DNA from: Lama glama
Lineage: Eukaryota
Reading direction: 5' to 3'
Assembly: GCA_028534125.1 (NCBI GenBank)
Contig: CM052834.1
Coordinates: forward strand, 8,928,001 to 8,992,000
Length of the DNA stretch: 64,000 nt
The translations under genes and the position numbers were made by a program. Under the pieces are notes generated by a model, which searched no databases, was not told the origin of the DNA, and saw only the letters and a list, made by a program, of their open reading frames with translations. This document shows positions 12,633 to 25,955 of the stretch, in pieces. The stretch's first letter is position 1. Every line of letters begins with the position of its first letter.

Positions 12633-13026
12633 GGTGTTTAACCAAACTTTCGGTCATTTGTTTTGACCACTGTAGATATTTTGTTTTCTGGCTTAGTTGG
12701 GATAAAATAATTTATATTTTTTTGTAAAAAGGAAATAAATTAGTCTTCTGAAACTTAAAATAATTTGACTTAATTCACATACCTTGAGGTATGAAATTAA
12801 CTACTGCTGATGTATTTCAGTTTCCACAATGTATACTCCCCATAAAAGAATTGAGACGTGATGGTGTAAATAACCTTGAATTACAAAATGTAATCTCTTG
12901 GCGTCTGGTTTTGAAACGGGTCTAGATAATAAATAGAGAGACTTTCAGAGAATTTGGGGGGGGGTATCCTTGAGGAAGGAGAACCTGCGCAAATTACCTG
13001 GAATTCTGCTATATGGGAGATAGATG

Positions 13027-13050
13027 ATTCATTCATTCATTCATTCATTC
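13027..13050 (+). repeat. (ATTC)n simple repeat
   Basis: gattcattcattcattcattcattc. Confidence 0.85.
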
Positions 13051-13902
13051 TGGTCTTTTAAATATTGAAACGAAAAGACAGGGGGAAAAAAAGGAATTCA
13101 GATTCACCAAATAAAAACTCTTGATGACTCATGCCCTGTAAAACTCCTATTTCAGGTGATTCAGACAAGATCTGAGTTAAGCTTCCGTTGTGTGCTGGGT
13201 ATAGAATACTGTCAAAAAGAAAAAAAAAAAACTGGGAGAAAGAAAGGAAGTGAAATCAGGGCATGAGAGAGATCCCAGCCTTTAACAAAAAACCTTGGCT
13301 ACCAACCATCAAAAGACGATCAGAATTTTAAAAAGCAAACATTATCTAAGAAGTTCAAATCTTCCCAGAAGCAAAAAGCTGTTGCGTACGGATTCTCAGA
13401 AGAGGCAGGAGAACATTCACTGTGGGCATTTTCTTTCAGGGTAAGAATTAAAGTATAACTTTTTTTCTGTTGACTCATTTCTCAATTGAGCAGGAATTCA
13501 AGGAAGAACATTTTTTTAAAAAGAAGTAGAGGAAATCATCTCACCTGCCCAACCCATCTCTATCCCCCATCTCAGTAATTTTTTTTCAAATTTCTATTTT
13601 CTGTAAATTAGCCCTGAGGGTTAGTATTCACTGATATTCTACGAACCTTAGAAGAAGACTTCCAAAATTAAACTTTGTGCCATTGACTAATGCAAAACAA
13701 AAGCCACTGAGGAAAGCAGGATCTCATATGATATACTTTTATTTCTAAATGTTCTTTTTTCATAGTAATGCTACATGCTAAATTAGTACAGGCCAACAGA
13801 TTTTACAAAGGCAAACAAAGAGTTATCAAGGCCTGACGTAACCCAGCTGGGTGGAGAGACAGAAAACTATGTTCTAAAATTCTCTTTAATGAAATCGAAA
13901 CT

Positions 13903-14112
13903 CTATACAGTATAATCTTGTTTATCTATTCTACAGTTTTGAAATCCCGTCTAGCACAGGGGAATATACACAAGATCTTATGGTAGCTCACAGAAAAAAA
14001 AATGTGACAATGAATATATATATGTTCATGTATAACTGAAAAATTGTGCTCTACACTGGAATTTGACACAACATTGTAAAGTGATTATAAATCAATAAAA
14101 AATGTTTAAAAA
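13903..14112 (+). mobile_element. camelid-type L1 3' end with 5' inversion and 17-bp TSD
   Basis: Sense tail from ~13952 (tagcacaggggaatatacacaagatc...aatcaataaaaaatgtttaaaaaaa) preceded by ~50 bp of antisense L1. TSD aatgaaatcgaaactct / aataaaattgaaactct. Confidence 0.88.
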
Positions 14113-15710
14113 AATAAAATTGAAACTCTTGAATTCAAATTTCATTACGATGTATTGAATGGCCTCTAAAAATATGAAATCATAAAACCTTACAGGTACA
14201 GAGAGAAGAGTTCCAGCCCACGGATGAGTTATGACATTTTAATATTTAACTTCCCTGTTGCCTCTTGATTACTTTCTTCTGCACCACCTAGAGCAAAGGA
14301 CGGTAAGCAATAAAAAAAAAATTATGGCAGATGATTCGCTCTGCATTTTCAGTACAGGTCCTTAAGAGGTTTACAAATTGTACAAATTTTCGGAAGTGGT
14401 TACAACCCACAAAGTGGGAAATGTCACCTTGAAGCAACCGTTCTGCTGAATTCGTCTCACTTTTCCAAAACGTAAGTACATCTCCTTAAGGTTATGAGAA
14501 ATAAAAAGCCTTAATTGTTAAATGATACAGGGTTTTCTTTTTTAAAGCAACGCAATTCTGTTCAGATGAAGGTTAATTAAGGCTTTCTAATGCGTTATAA
14601 CGCACATGCTTACATCACCCCTAAACCGCTTCTCAGATATTTTATAAAAAGGTGCTGGTCCTCATCTCAACTTCCTCTCTCCCTGTCTGCCATACTACTC
14701 AAACATTTTTTTGATAAGACGACACAGAGGTATCATATCTTATCAAAGACTATTCATTATTTTAATTTGTTTGGTATGTTTTAGCAAGATACGGATTCAC
14801 GGATCCAAATGCCAGCATGACGGTGACACCAGGGCAGGAATTTTGCTCTAATGGAATACTCCTTGGACTGTGTTAGGTGTCAGAGTGCACTGAGTGCAAC
14901 ATGCATAATGTTACAAGCCTATGGGAAGTTCACCAATAGGCGGATAACGTAAAGCTCTCGAATCATTCTCAACTGCTTCTTAATCGTATTATTCAACACA
15001 GCTGAATATTTTGTTGACAAAGGTAAAAATGCACTCCTTTCAAAATACCATTTTTCATTTACCTTCAGAAATAGAAGCAGTCCTATCTTGCTGTTAGAAA
15101 GTGATGGAACAAAGAACAAACAAAACAGAACCAGAAATTCCAGGAATTATCTACATCTGGCTGAAAAAAAAAAAAAAAACCTTACTGTCAGGAGGCCCTT
15201 CTACTAGGAAAATAAATCCCTGGCACCCCGTCCAACTCACAGAAGACCTAGGACCAACAGAACCTTCCTTGAAAAACTGCCTATCTTACAAGGACATTTT
15301 AAGAAAGAAGAAAGAACAGGCATATTTAGGAAATGAGCACATTACAGGGTATGTAAGGACAACATAGTATAAAGTTCAAAGGAAGTGAGATTAGGGGTGG
15401 GTCTGGAGGAAGAATCTCCCTCAAAGGAGGACTGAATCAAAGGCGGCAAGATGAAGACCTTCAGAAACGTACAGTGCAGTGCGGGAGGCAGACATCCAAA
15501 GGGTCACCTGTAGGACAGTATGGCAGGTAGAAAGGCAGAAGGCAAGGCAGGCATTTCCTGCTGGGGAGGGGAGGACATTCAGTTCATAAAAGCCTTCCAT
15601 CAGGTCGTGATGCCCGAGCTGGGTAAGCCAGAAGAGGCACGTGAAGAGCCAAGACAAGACACAGCTTTGTACGTTTAGGAAAGAGACCGCTTCGTTCACC
15701 AGCAGCTCAG

Positions 15711-16418
15711 AGTTACTGAAGAATAATTTAAGGGGTAGAAAAAGTAATGACGAATAAAGCTGGTGATAAAATGAGAACGCCTGTCACAGAAGGCCAAGGG
15801 ATATTTACATCAAATTTTGCTAGACCAAAATTCAATGTGCTTCAGAGTATAAGACGGTTACCTTTCCCTTTTTTTTGTACAAACTTTTGCCTTCTTGAGA
15901 GTTAATAATTATCTTACCCTCAACCCTTAGTTTTCCTATGTACTTTTATTCATTTCATCCCTTTTGCTCTCCACCAGGAGTGGTCTCCTTTTGAAGGATT
16001 AAAAACCAAACTAACCAACTGACTTCTTTGATATGAAAACTGTTTGCTGATTCATTCTTTACTGAGAATAATTTTAACCCAGAAGCTCTGCTCCAGGAAG
16101 GAGATAACAGGCTGATAATCTCAGAAGAACGGACAGACCCCTCCGGAGTTCCTCCTGAAGGTTCAACTGAGGTTAAAATGAATGTAGCCCCTATAAAATG
16201 CCCTGGTTGTTATCATCTTTTCTGTTCCATCCAGTTTTCCTATAAAACCTCAAGACCCCAACCCCAAGAGGGGCCCACTGTCTTTAAGGCATGAGCCCGC
16301 TGTGGCTCCCTTTGCCAGGCAAGGCAATAAAGCTGCTTTCTTCTTTCCTCCCAAAACTCTGCCTCCAATCCAGCTCTCAGTTCGGCTATCAGGTACAGAG
16401 GCCAGTTTTTCAGCAACA
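15711..16418 (+). mobile_element. ERV1-type solo LTR, probably lineage-specific
   Basis: Terminal inverted ends agttactgaa...ttcagcaaca, TATAAAA at 16241, AATAAA at 16326, and a typical R/U5 (gtggctccctttgccaggcaaggcaataaagctgc). The 5' boundary and TSD are uncertain. Confidence 0.8.
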
Positions 16419-16449
16419 CTTTCACTACATTTAAACACCATCTATTCTA

Positions 16450-18170
16450 TCATTTGCTGTCTTCCTGCAGGTATCTCTCCCTGATCTTTATACGCTCCTG
16501 TCACGATCTGAATTGACTGCTAAGTGTATTGTACAGCGTTCTTCATGGTACCCAAACGCAACGTTATCCTTTTCATCACCTTCATCTTTCCCTTTTTCTT
16601 TTCCTTTTCGTTGTTTCCTGGATCTCAAGTCTTTCTCCTTTTTACTTTTTTATCTTGGAAACGTACATACTTCTGGAACTTCCTGAGAAAGAAAATGAGA
16701 GGTAATTTTTGAAGATTTACATGACTGAAAACGTGTTTTTTCCTACCTTCACAGATGATCGATAGTTTGTCTTAGTTTCAAATTCTATAGTGGAAATTCT
16801 ATTTGCCCTCAAATTTTGAAGGCATCATTCTTCTGTCTTCAGGGTTGTTGCTGAGATGCTGGGTGCTCTTCCGGTTCTCAGTATTTAGTAAGGGCCTAAT
16901 TTTTTTCTTTCTATAGTTCTTGAGTTTTGGGGTCTTCAGTTTTTTTCCCCTGATGCTTTGAAATTTCATGAATACATCAGTGTAGGAGTTTTTTTTCTAA
17001 ATTTAATATAGTAGAAACTCAAATTTTCAAATTTGAAAATTATTGTCCTTTAATTCTAGGAAATTTTCTTGAGGTATTTCTTTGACAGTTTCTTCACTAC
17101 ATTTAAATTTTTTTTCTTTTTTCTAAAAAAGTCTATTATTCAGAATAAGACTTCATAGATTGAATCTCTAATTTTCTTGTCTTTTCTTTGCTGTTCTCTG
17201 TTTCCTGTTATTTTTGCTCTAGTTTTTGAGTGGCTTCCTCAACATTATCTTCTAAATACATTTTAATTTTTTCAGCCTTCTATCAGTTTTTGATTTCTAG
17301 GAGTACATTTTTATGCCCTAAATGTTTCTTTTCTTTTAACATCTATTCTTCTTTCCTAATTGCAGTATATTCTCTGATATTTCTGAGAATATTGATGACA
17401 CTGCCTTAAATTTTTCTTCTCCCTTCATTGTCTCTATGTCTGTCAATTTCCTTGTTTTCTCCAGGTTTGTTTTGGTTTCCGAATCTCTTCAAATGTCGGG
17501 TGATCATTAGTCACTTCTCACCTTGAAGATGGAGACTAAAAAGCTGATTAGAAAGTCTGTGTTGATGGGTGGGGCTTGTCAACAGGATAGCGTCACTGCA
17601 GAGCAGCCTGGCTGGGCTGTTCCACTGGGAGATCCTCAGCCATCAGTATCTGTAGGTCTTCTGCACAGGTAGATTAGAGTCTTCAAAGAAGCATCTTCCA
17701 ATTTCACACCCGGAGAAAACATATCTGTCTGCCACAGTGTGGAGATGAGTGGAAGAACTGCACTGAGGGTGCCTCACTGCTTAGCAAGTACTTCCCTTAA
17801 TCCTCCACCCGCCATCTGTGCCCTGGTATCTTGCAGTCAGGAGTTCTCCACTTCACACTCTCCAGGGAATAAAGTTCCAGCCTTGCTGGAGCGTGAGGAG
17901 GCACCTGGGATCTAAGTTCACCTTAAACACACTACCGCCGCATCCTCCTGATTTCAGCCTCACCCTCACCTGTGGGCCTTTCTGAGGTTCTGAACTGAAC
18001 CCCAGTGTCTCTCCCTAACAGCTTAGGGGTCAGTTTCTCAGGACCTATAGGTTAGTTGCAATCATCCATGGGCTTTCCCGAGTCCCTTGGACTCACCAAG
18101 TTTCTGCTAAAATCCCTTCACTATCATTTTTTGGGGAAGGAATAAATGTGCTTAATCTGCTTCTTTCTCT
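16450..18170 (-). mobile_element. HAL1 (half-L1) or old L1 ORF1 and 5' region
   Basis: T-rich antisense ORF1-like tract (attttgaaggcatcattc...ttctaggaaattttcttgaggtatttctttgac) followed by a HAL1-like 5' part (actaaaaagctgattagaaagtctgtgttgatgggtggggcttgtc). Confidence 0.7.
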
Positions 18171-18744
18171 AACATATTTTCATTGTCTAAACAGTGACAA
18201 ATATTTGTTAATGAAAAACTCGGGGGGAAAATTCAAGTCACCTCTAACATGAACTTGAGAGGTTAAGGTGACTATGAAATATGAGTACAAGTTTATACTA
18301 AAAATAAAACTCCCATAACAGCCAGAGTGAAAGAACAAAAAGTGAAGGCGATTTACTTTACACAAAGTCAGCTGATATTTTGGTAGTGTACGTTTACTAC
18401 CTGCTGTTTTCATAACAACAAATGCTATTTTCAAATCCCGGGAAAGAAATACCATTATAATGTGTAAAAGTGAGGTGATCTCTCTAGCTAAACCAGGCAT
18501 TATTGATGAAAAATGCTTTACCTGTTTTTTCCAGAAATTAAATCATAACTTTAAGTGCACTGGTGAAGATCTGACATGCTTTTAACCACTGCTGTCTACT
18601 TGCCTTTAACTAAGGATAAATCCAGTATCTTAAAGCTGGCTGGGGATATGTTAACACTGAAGAATTAAAAGCCAAAATGACCTTGGTGAATGGTTACTCA
18701 AATAAGATTCATCCAATTTTAATTGGCACAAGCCAATATCAGTA

Positions 18745-19135
18745 CTCATTCATTTGTTCATTCATTTACTCATCCACAAGCATTAACTATGTAACCATTA
18801 AGTGCTTATCGGTGCTCTCGATACACACCATCAAATAAAATGTCCAGCACTGATGAAAAAATATGAATGCATCACTATTCAGTACAGTAGGTGAGCTCAA
18901 GTGCTGAACACCTGAAGTGCCACCGAGGAACTGAAATTTCAATTCTACTAAATTTAAATTAGTTTATATTAGGCTACCATCCTAGACAGGATGGCTCTAG
19001 GTCCTGAGTGCGCAGTTAGCAAACTAAGCGTAGTTCCTCTCCTCGTGGTGCTTACAATCTAGTTGGGGAGCTGGCATGAAATAAGCAAAATAATAAATAT
19101 ATTATTATAACTTCTATTAATTGCTTAGAAGAAAA
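18745..19135 (-). mobile_element. L2 fragment interrupted by MER3
   Basis: ctcattcatttgttcattcatttactc...aagcattaact and gttcctctcctcgtggtgcttacaatctagttgggg. Confidence 0.65.
18838..18996. mobile_element. MER3-like hAT-Charlie element
   Basis: tgtcca...tgatgaaaaa...tattcagtacagtag...gaggaactgaaatttcaatt...aatttaaatt...ggctaccatcctagacag. Confidence 0.65.
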
Positions 19136-21044
19136 AGAATAGAAAGGTTGTGTTTATAAGGATATCAGGTCAGACTGAATCAAACCTAGCTATGAACTTC
19201 TGAAACATGTAGGACTGAAAGATTCACTCTGAAAATGTGATTTCAGAATTTCCTCACTTAAAATCTAGGAATAATTAGTGAAACTTGGAAACAAAGAATT
19301 TATGCATTTTTTTTTGAAAGTGCTTTCAGTGTTCAAGACTGATGCACAGACACAGTGCCTTGTTGGCAAACCCAAGCAAAAATAATTCTGGAAGAACGTT
19401 GTTTTTTTCATCCTTTTTCAGGTACCAGTTTAAACAAAATAAAATTAAAAGGAATAGGGAAGAAAAAAATCACAAAAAATAAAGCAGTAAAATCTATAAA
19501 ATGCTAACTCTAAGTACTTCAAGAGCCTGGATTTGATGAGTTGGCAAGTGAGAGAGAAACAACTGAACTACTATTCCCATTCGGGCAGAAATGGGAATTT
19601 TTTTTAGAGTAACAAGTCCACTTTTGGGCCAGTGTCAATCTATAAATAAAAAAAAAAACAACTTTTTTTCCAGGAATTACATGCCTGGATTTGAGCACCT
19701 GGAATTGAAACAGAGCGAACACAATGCTCTATAGTGAATTAATAAGTGCAAAGAAGGTGTTTGGGCCAGCCAGGGAGGGGAGAATCACCCAAAACCTTCG
19801 TGTTCCTGGATCATACTGTGTGGATTTTTGTTTGGGAAGTTAAGATAGATTTGTTTGGGTAAACAGGCTATTTAAGGCTGAAGGAAGAGGAAATTTAAGA
19901 GGGAATTCTCAGCAGGGCTGGTAATGCCACATTTGCATTTCTTTCTTTCCATTCCCATAGTTCCCAACGCTAAGCCACTGGGAAGATGGCCCACAGGCTG
20001 AGGTGGGTGGAACAGCCCGCGGGAAGCATGATCTGATTTAATTAAAATGTGTTGCTCATAAGAAGAACAAGTTTACTTTAATATTTCTAAATAGTCCCCC
20101 AGATTAATTCCAGCTCTTTATTCAATAAAGTAGGCATCATTTAGCTAGAATAATCACTGGCCCCCACTCGAAGCCAAGTTATTTTGTAAAATCAGTGCGC
20201 TACGAGAACTAAATTACTACTACAGTTGCTCATAGTAGTGACAGGAGGAAGAAGAGGAGGAGCAGCAGGGGCAGCTGGCAGTTGGATGGCACCTCGTGCC
20301 AGGCCCAACTCCAAGTGCTTTACATGTATTTATTTTCTTTTAATTGTCACATCACCAGGTAGGAGCCATTACTATGCTCACACTACACATGAGCTAAGCT
20401 GGGTACAGAGTTTAATAACGTGCCAATGTCAAAGAGCCAATAAGTAGTAGATGTAGGAAAAAATCCAACTACTTTGCCACATGTGGGAAAAGGTTGGTTA
20501 GAGAGTTGTTTTTTACGCAAAATCACACAGCATTAATAGAACAAAAGGGATTTTTTTTGCTATAAATTTATTAGAAATGAGAATGCATACATTTGTATAG
20601 AACAGAGCCAACAGTCTAATTTACTTATAAAGAAGAAAGAAAAGGATTGGATTCTGGATATTTATGGAGCGAAGGTAGGAGATAATCAGGACTATCAGAA
20701 ACAGCATCAAGACAAAGGCAAAGACAGTATCAGAATGAAAACAACAGACCCTAGAATTTCAAAAGGATCACAAAGTTCTAAAGGGGCATGACATCACCTT
20801 AACGCTTTTGTTCAGCAAAGTCTACGCCTATTACAGAGTATTCATTTCTCTGTGGGAACACACTTTCGATTGTACAACTGCAGTCAGTACAACTAGGACT
20901 GACTTACATTCAACTTTGAGGCAACATATGGTTTTACAAACATGGGGACATATGAATTACTATGAAAGACAGATATTGAAAAGTACTCCCCAAAAGCCGT
21001 AGGAAACTGTAGAAATATTCCATTTTACTTCTTTTAAACAGAAT

Positions 21045-21380
21045 GAAAGGACACTATGAGCTCATCTACAAAACAGAAACAGACTCACAGACTTAGTAAC
21101 AATCTTATGGTTACTGGGGAAAGGGGGTGGGAAAGGATAATTTTGGGAGTTTGAGATTTACAAATGAGCCACTATATATAAAAATAGATTTTTTAAAAAG
21201 TTTCTTCTGTATAGCACAGGGAACTATGTTTAATATCTGTTCATAACCTTTAATAAAAAATATGAAAAGAAATATATGTATGTGTATGCATGACTGGGAC
21301 ATTGTGCTGTACACCAGAAACTGACACACTGTAACTGACTGTACTTCAATAAAAAATGATAAATAAGTAAAAATAAAAAT
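21045..21380 (+). mobile_element. L1 3'UTR end (camelid/cetartiodactyl type) with A-rich tail
   Basis: ggacactatgagctcatctacaaaacagaaacagactcacagac...ctgtatagcacagggaactat...acttcaataaaaaat. Possible TSD aaacagaatga / aaacacagtga after a TTTT|AAA site. Confidence 0.9.
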
Positions 21381-21879
21381 AAACACAGTGATACATAGTG
21401 GGCCACTTTTCCTCCAATTTCTGTGGGAAACAGATTCTCTCTGGAACTTCACTAATCAACTTAAAAACATGTGTTGTGTTTTCTAATATAATCTTACTGA
21501 ATTTTACTGAATTTGATGGGAAAAGAGTTAGCAGTCTTCCTCAGGCTGCTGAGCGTCAGCATAGCTTAAACTCAGCAACCTTGTCTAACAGTTTCAATAT
21601 ATTACACTCCAAGAGAGATTGTTTGTGATAACATACATTTTCTTATATTTGGTGTTACTGCTTACGTAGTTTTTAAACTCCATATATCTGTGTTGTGTAA
21701 GCAGTAAAAATCCACTAATGAAGAGTAACAGGATTATAAATGATCTCTTGGTCTTTTGATGATTTAAACTGGAAACATTTCAGAAGCATTTGTAGATATA
21801 ATTTGAACCAATCTAATACTACTGCCTTCTAGAACTTAAAAACTTCATCATTCTTCTACTTAAACCCAAGACCCCCATC

Positions 21880-22400
21880 AGGCTCCAGGTTAGCATTCAA
21901 CTGGCCTGCACAGCACAGCACTCTTTTGTGATTTGGCCCTTCTACCTGTAAGGTTTCTTCTCTCACCAGCTCTGCCTTCCCGCACCCCGCTGCTCCCTCC
22001 CAGCACCCCCGGCCCCTCCACAGGCTCACACTGGCAGCCTGGCTCCAGCGACACGAGACTATTTTGCAGCATCTAGTCTTCACGTTACATCATCTATCTG
22101 GAATAAGTTCTCACCTCCCTGCCACCTTCACCTGGCCAGCTGCTTCTCAAACTTCAGTCTCAGGAGGCTCTCCCTGATTTCTCTACCGGAGGACAGATGC
22201 CTCTCTCATGTGTTTCCCACAAGGCTTGAGTCAAACACTGAGATGCATTTATCACACTGCCCTGCAACTTCCTGTTTTCTTGTTTGTACATCATATTGTA
22301 AATCCTTTGAGGGCAGAAGCTAAATAATTTTCTTGAATACCAAGCGCTAAGGATAGCTCCCGACACGTAGTGAGTTCTCACTAAATGCTTATTCAATGAA
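21880..22400 (+). mobile_element. L2 3' region
   Basis: ctggaataagttctc...caggaggctctccctgat...gtaaatcctttgagggcag...cccgacacgtagtgagttctcactaaatgcttattcaatgaa. Confidence 0.8.
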
Positions 22401-24059
22401 AAAACTAGGCTTGTAATTATTTTTTTACTTGACTAAACTAAGATGTTAATTTCAAACTTTCTTATTAAGAAGAACGAAACAATGCTCTAAAAGCAAAAAA
22501 AAAATTGTGGGAAATATTTTAACTAATTAAGAGATAAAAAAAGAAAATATTTATCATCACTAGCTTCTAACAAGAGCTCCAGAGGGAAAAGGACAGGCAG
22601 GGTTGACTCTCTCTCAAATCCCTCTAAGGCCCCCCAGTCCACCCTCCTGCCTCTCCATCCTGACCCCTCTTATTAGCAGCTGTCTTCCTTATCTTCCCCA
22701 GATGGAGTGGAAAAACAGAACCTTATCTAACTACACCCTCTCACCTCTCCAATTCTGTCGCCTCTCTGATGGTGAGCGCTGGTCCTACCAAAGACCAGCC
22801 ATTCCTTCTGCATGTGAGGAAATACCACTCTTGGACTTTCCACTGGAACATGTAGATGTCAACTTGATTTAGATTTGTCATGAGATTAGAAAGAACACGA
22901 ATGCCGAAGTCCATACTATTCCTTGCTTCATTAATGCTATTCCTAACTCTGTGCCCTTGGACTTGTCACTTAACTCCTAGGTTCCCAATTGGCACTGATT
23001 AAGCTGGAAACCAGGGTATCTCCAAGAGTTCTTCGCAGCCCAAAGTCTGGCGCATTAGCTCAGTAATATCAGTGACAAAGGTTAGCACATTAGCTCAATG
23101 ACCTGCTCCCTGCCATGAAATTACCTATGCAGACCAGAGCAGAGAAGAGCAGAAAATTGTCCTCTTTTCTCTTTGGTGGGGGTGGTCGTTACATAAGCAA
23201 CTTTGAGGACTGGCTGAACTCTACCCTCATAAGCTCCAAGTCAGTCCACAAAGTCTACAAAGCATGTGACATGAGGAATTTTGTCTTCTTTTTCTTTTCT
23301 TTTTTTACAATTTAGCTGCTAAAAAGCACAAGGAATAGCGCAAAGCACACGAACTAGTTAGCTGGGGAGAATAAAATGAATTTCCCTGCCCTCCCCAAAA
23401 CTGAACTGTTTCATTCCGGGATGTTAAGATGGAATATTTTTCGGAAACAAGTCTTTGACTTTTATGAGACATGAGACTCAGTGTTTACCAGAGTAGTGTT
23501 TAATCTCAACTGGCACTGTTGTCACCTCAGGGAGGGCTGGTTTTGCCAAGAGCCACATGACCGCTTCCTGGCCACGAAGGCGATAGGATGAAACTAAGTG
23601 GCATGCTCTTGTCACAGCTGTAGGTGCAGAGACAGAAAATCAAAGACTCCAGCTGACCAAGGCTCAAATGCCTAAGATTGAAGAAAAAAAATGAAAAAAG
23701 ACCAACTATCAATCTAATATAAATGGACACAGGACCCACGGCGTGGATCACCTCTACCCACAACATATTTGACTGCCCTTGAAAACCCTACAGAGGCTCA
23801 AATGACAATAATCTACTCTTACAAAAGAAAGATGGCCCGCCTGCTGCTCCCCGAGAGGAGGGGTGAGCAGTTTCACCCAGTGGCAATTTCCTAGCATCCA
23901 AAGACCACCTTCCTGTTCCTAAAAATAATAATAATGCTTCTGCCAAGAAGAAAAATGCTTGGGGTGCTTTTTTTCGGAGCCAGTGGAGACAATAAACTCA
24001 CTGAGCATATTCCAATGCTTTTATTGTGTTTTTGTGGGATAGTAAAAAGAACAAATTCT

Positions 24060-24195
24060 GAAGGTAGGCAGCCCTGCATGTAAATCCTGAGTCCACCATC
24101 CCTCTGTGACCTGGGACAAGTCATGATCCTTTCCGAGGCTCTGTTTACTCATCTGTAAAATGAGAATGAGATTGTTATAAGGATTCTATGTGAAA
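24060..24195 (+). mobile_element. MIR fragment
   Basis: tgtgacctgggacaagtca...ctctgtttactcatctgtaaaatgaga. Confidence 0.75.
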
Positions 24196-24220
24196 GCAAC
24201 AGGTTCCCTGAGATCAATAC

Positions 24221-24258
24221 CTGTATCTGTATCTGTATCTGTATCTGTATCTGTATCT
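24221..24258 (+). repeat. (CTGTAT)6 microsatellite
   Basis: Perfect hexamer array. Confidence 0.95.
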
Positions 24259-25734
24259 ACATCCATCAGCCAGCTCATTTTTTCTCTTGAAGAACTGACT
24301 TTTGGAAAAAAGAGAAATGGAGACCTATTCTTTAAACACTGGCTCTAAAAATGAAATTGACTGAAGTAAAATCCTGGTGCAGTCAAGCAAATACAACACA
24401 AGAGAAACAGATGATAATCAAAATAAAGAATGTTACTGATTACACTCTCACACACACAAAAAGAAAATTCCTTAGTTGACCATTCAAGATACACAACAGT
24501 TGTGCACGCAGTGGTTCTCTGGGCTTCCACATTCTCACCAGCACTCCATCCATAAACTGTCGCTAGCACCACACTCTCTCTCGAATATTTCTTGCTCTGG
24601 CTCACCTGTGGGCCTCTGCTCTTACCCCAAATACCCCTCCATTACTTTATACCAACCATCTAGTTCAATCCCTTAGTTCCTACTCCTTTCTTAAAGTCTT
24701 CCCTGACCAACTCAACATTAACAACATCAAGTCATTTGATAATTATTTATCATGTTTAATATTTTTGTAGTGCAGCTATGAAGAACCTCACTGGTTTGTT
24801 CCTTGGTCAGTCTGACACTGCTCTGGGGTGTAGCAAATAGTATGGTCTTTGGCAAAATAATTCCAGGACCAAACTTGTGCTATGGAGAGTTTATATATGT
24901 GTGCTAAAAGAAAACGCACTGAATTTTAGTAACCAAAGTAGATTACGACTACCAATAAAAATTTCCTCTAAGATTGACACAAATGACCACCTGACACAAA
25001 TTCCCGTCTGAAGAAACACTAATGCAAAATAGGAACTAATTTCATACAGAATTGAGCTAAAATTTTTTTAAAATAATTTATTTAGCAGAATTTCTGCAGT
25101 CATGATTAGATAAGACCCTCAGTGCTAACTGAGTGGAAACACCAATGAAAGTACTGCTGTTGGTGTGGTCACATATGAATGATGATTTTTAACATCTGAT
25201 CTGAAAAGCAGAAGTGTTGGTAAAAGGGGGCCTATTTATATCAAGGAGGTTGAGAACTGACTCAGAGGAAAAAGTATTATCCTCTGACTCACCAAGACCA
25301 CTTCCTGAAACACCCAGTGTTTTTCTTGGAAGGAAGTATACACAAGGGCCATTTCTTTCAAACACTGATTAGACAAAATTGAAGTCTAACACAAAACAGA
25401 CAAAAGACATATATTTTCCAAAGCCAACCAGGTTTCAAAGTGGAGACCATTCCATAAACATATATTATCTGGTCATGAAAGAGAAGATTTTAAATACAGT
25501 CCAAAATGGATAATCCAAGGTATCTTATAATGAATAAACCACGGACTCCCTGCACACATCCCGCTTTATACCATAAGCTCTTAATGATGAAGAAACAACT
25601 TCACGATTTTAATCCACAAAATTAACTAATGTCTTTGGCTTCAAAACAATCATTTTTTTTTCAAAGTAATTATTTTCTCTTCTCTGAAATGCCTGTGTGG
25701 CCAATATTTAATAATGATTTACAAAAACAGTAAG

Positions 25735-25955
25735 TGACACTATTCAATGTATATATGTGCCAAATATTGTTATAAATTCTTGGCATGCATTAACTTATTT
25801 GGTAGCCACACACCTCTAAGAGGTAGGTGCTCTTATTATTTCTATTCTACAGATGAGGAAACTGAGCACAGAACAATAAAGTACTTAGCGCAATATCACA
25901 CATGAATACACAGCAAAGCCTCAAATCCAGGCAGTCCAATATAAGAGCCCAAACT
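25735..25955 (-). mobile_element. MIR
   Basis: tatgtgccaaatattg...attctacagatgaggaaactgagcacaga...caaatccaggcagtc. Confidence 0.8.

Noticed and set aside
13540-13620. Isolated strong minus-strand donor CAG|GTGAGA
   Set aside because: No matching acceptor or promoter evidence. Lone donor motifs (also near 6665, 9225, 51290 and 62305) are expected by chance.
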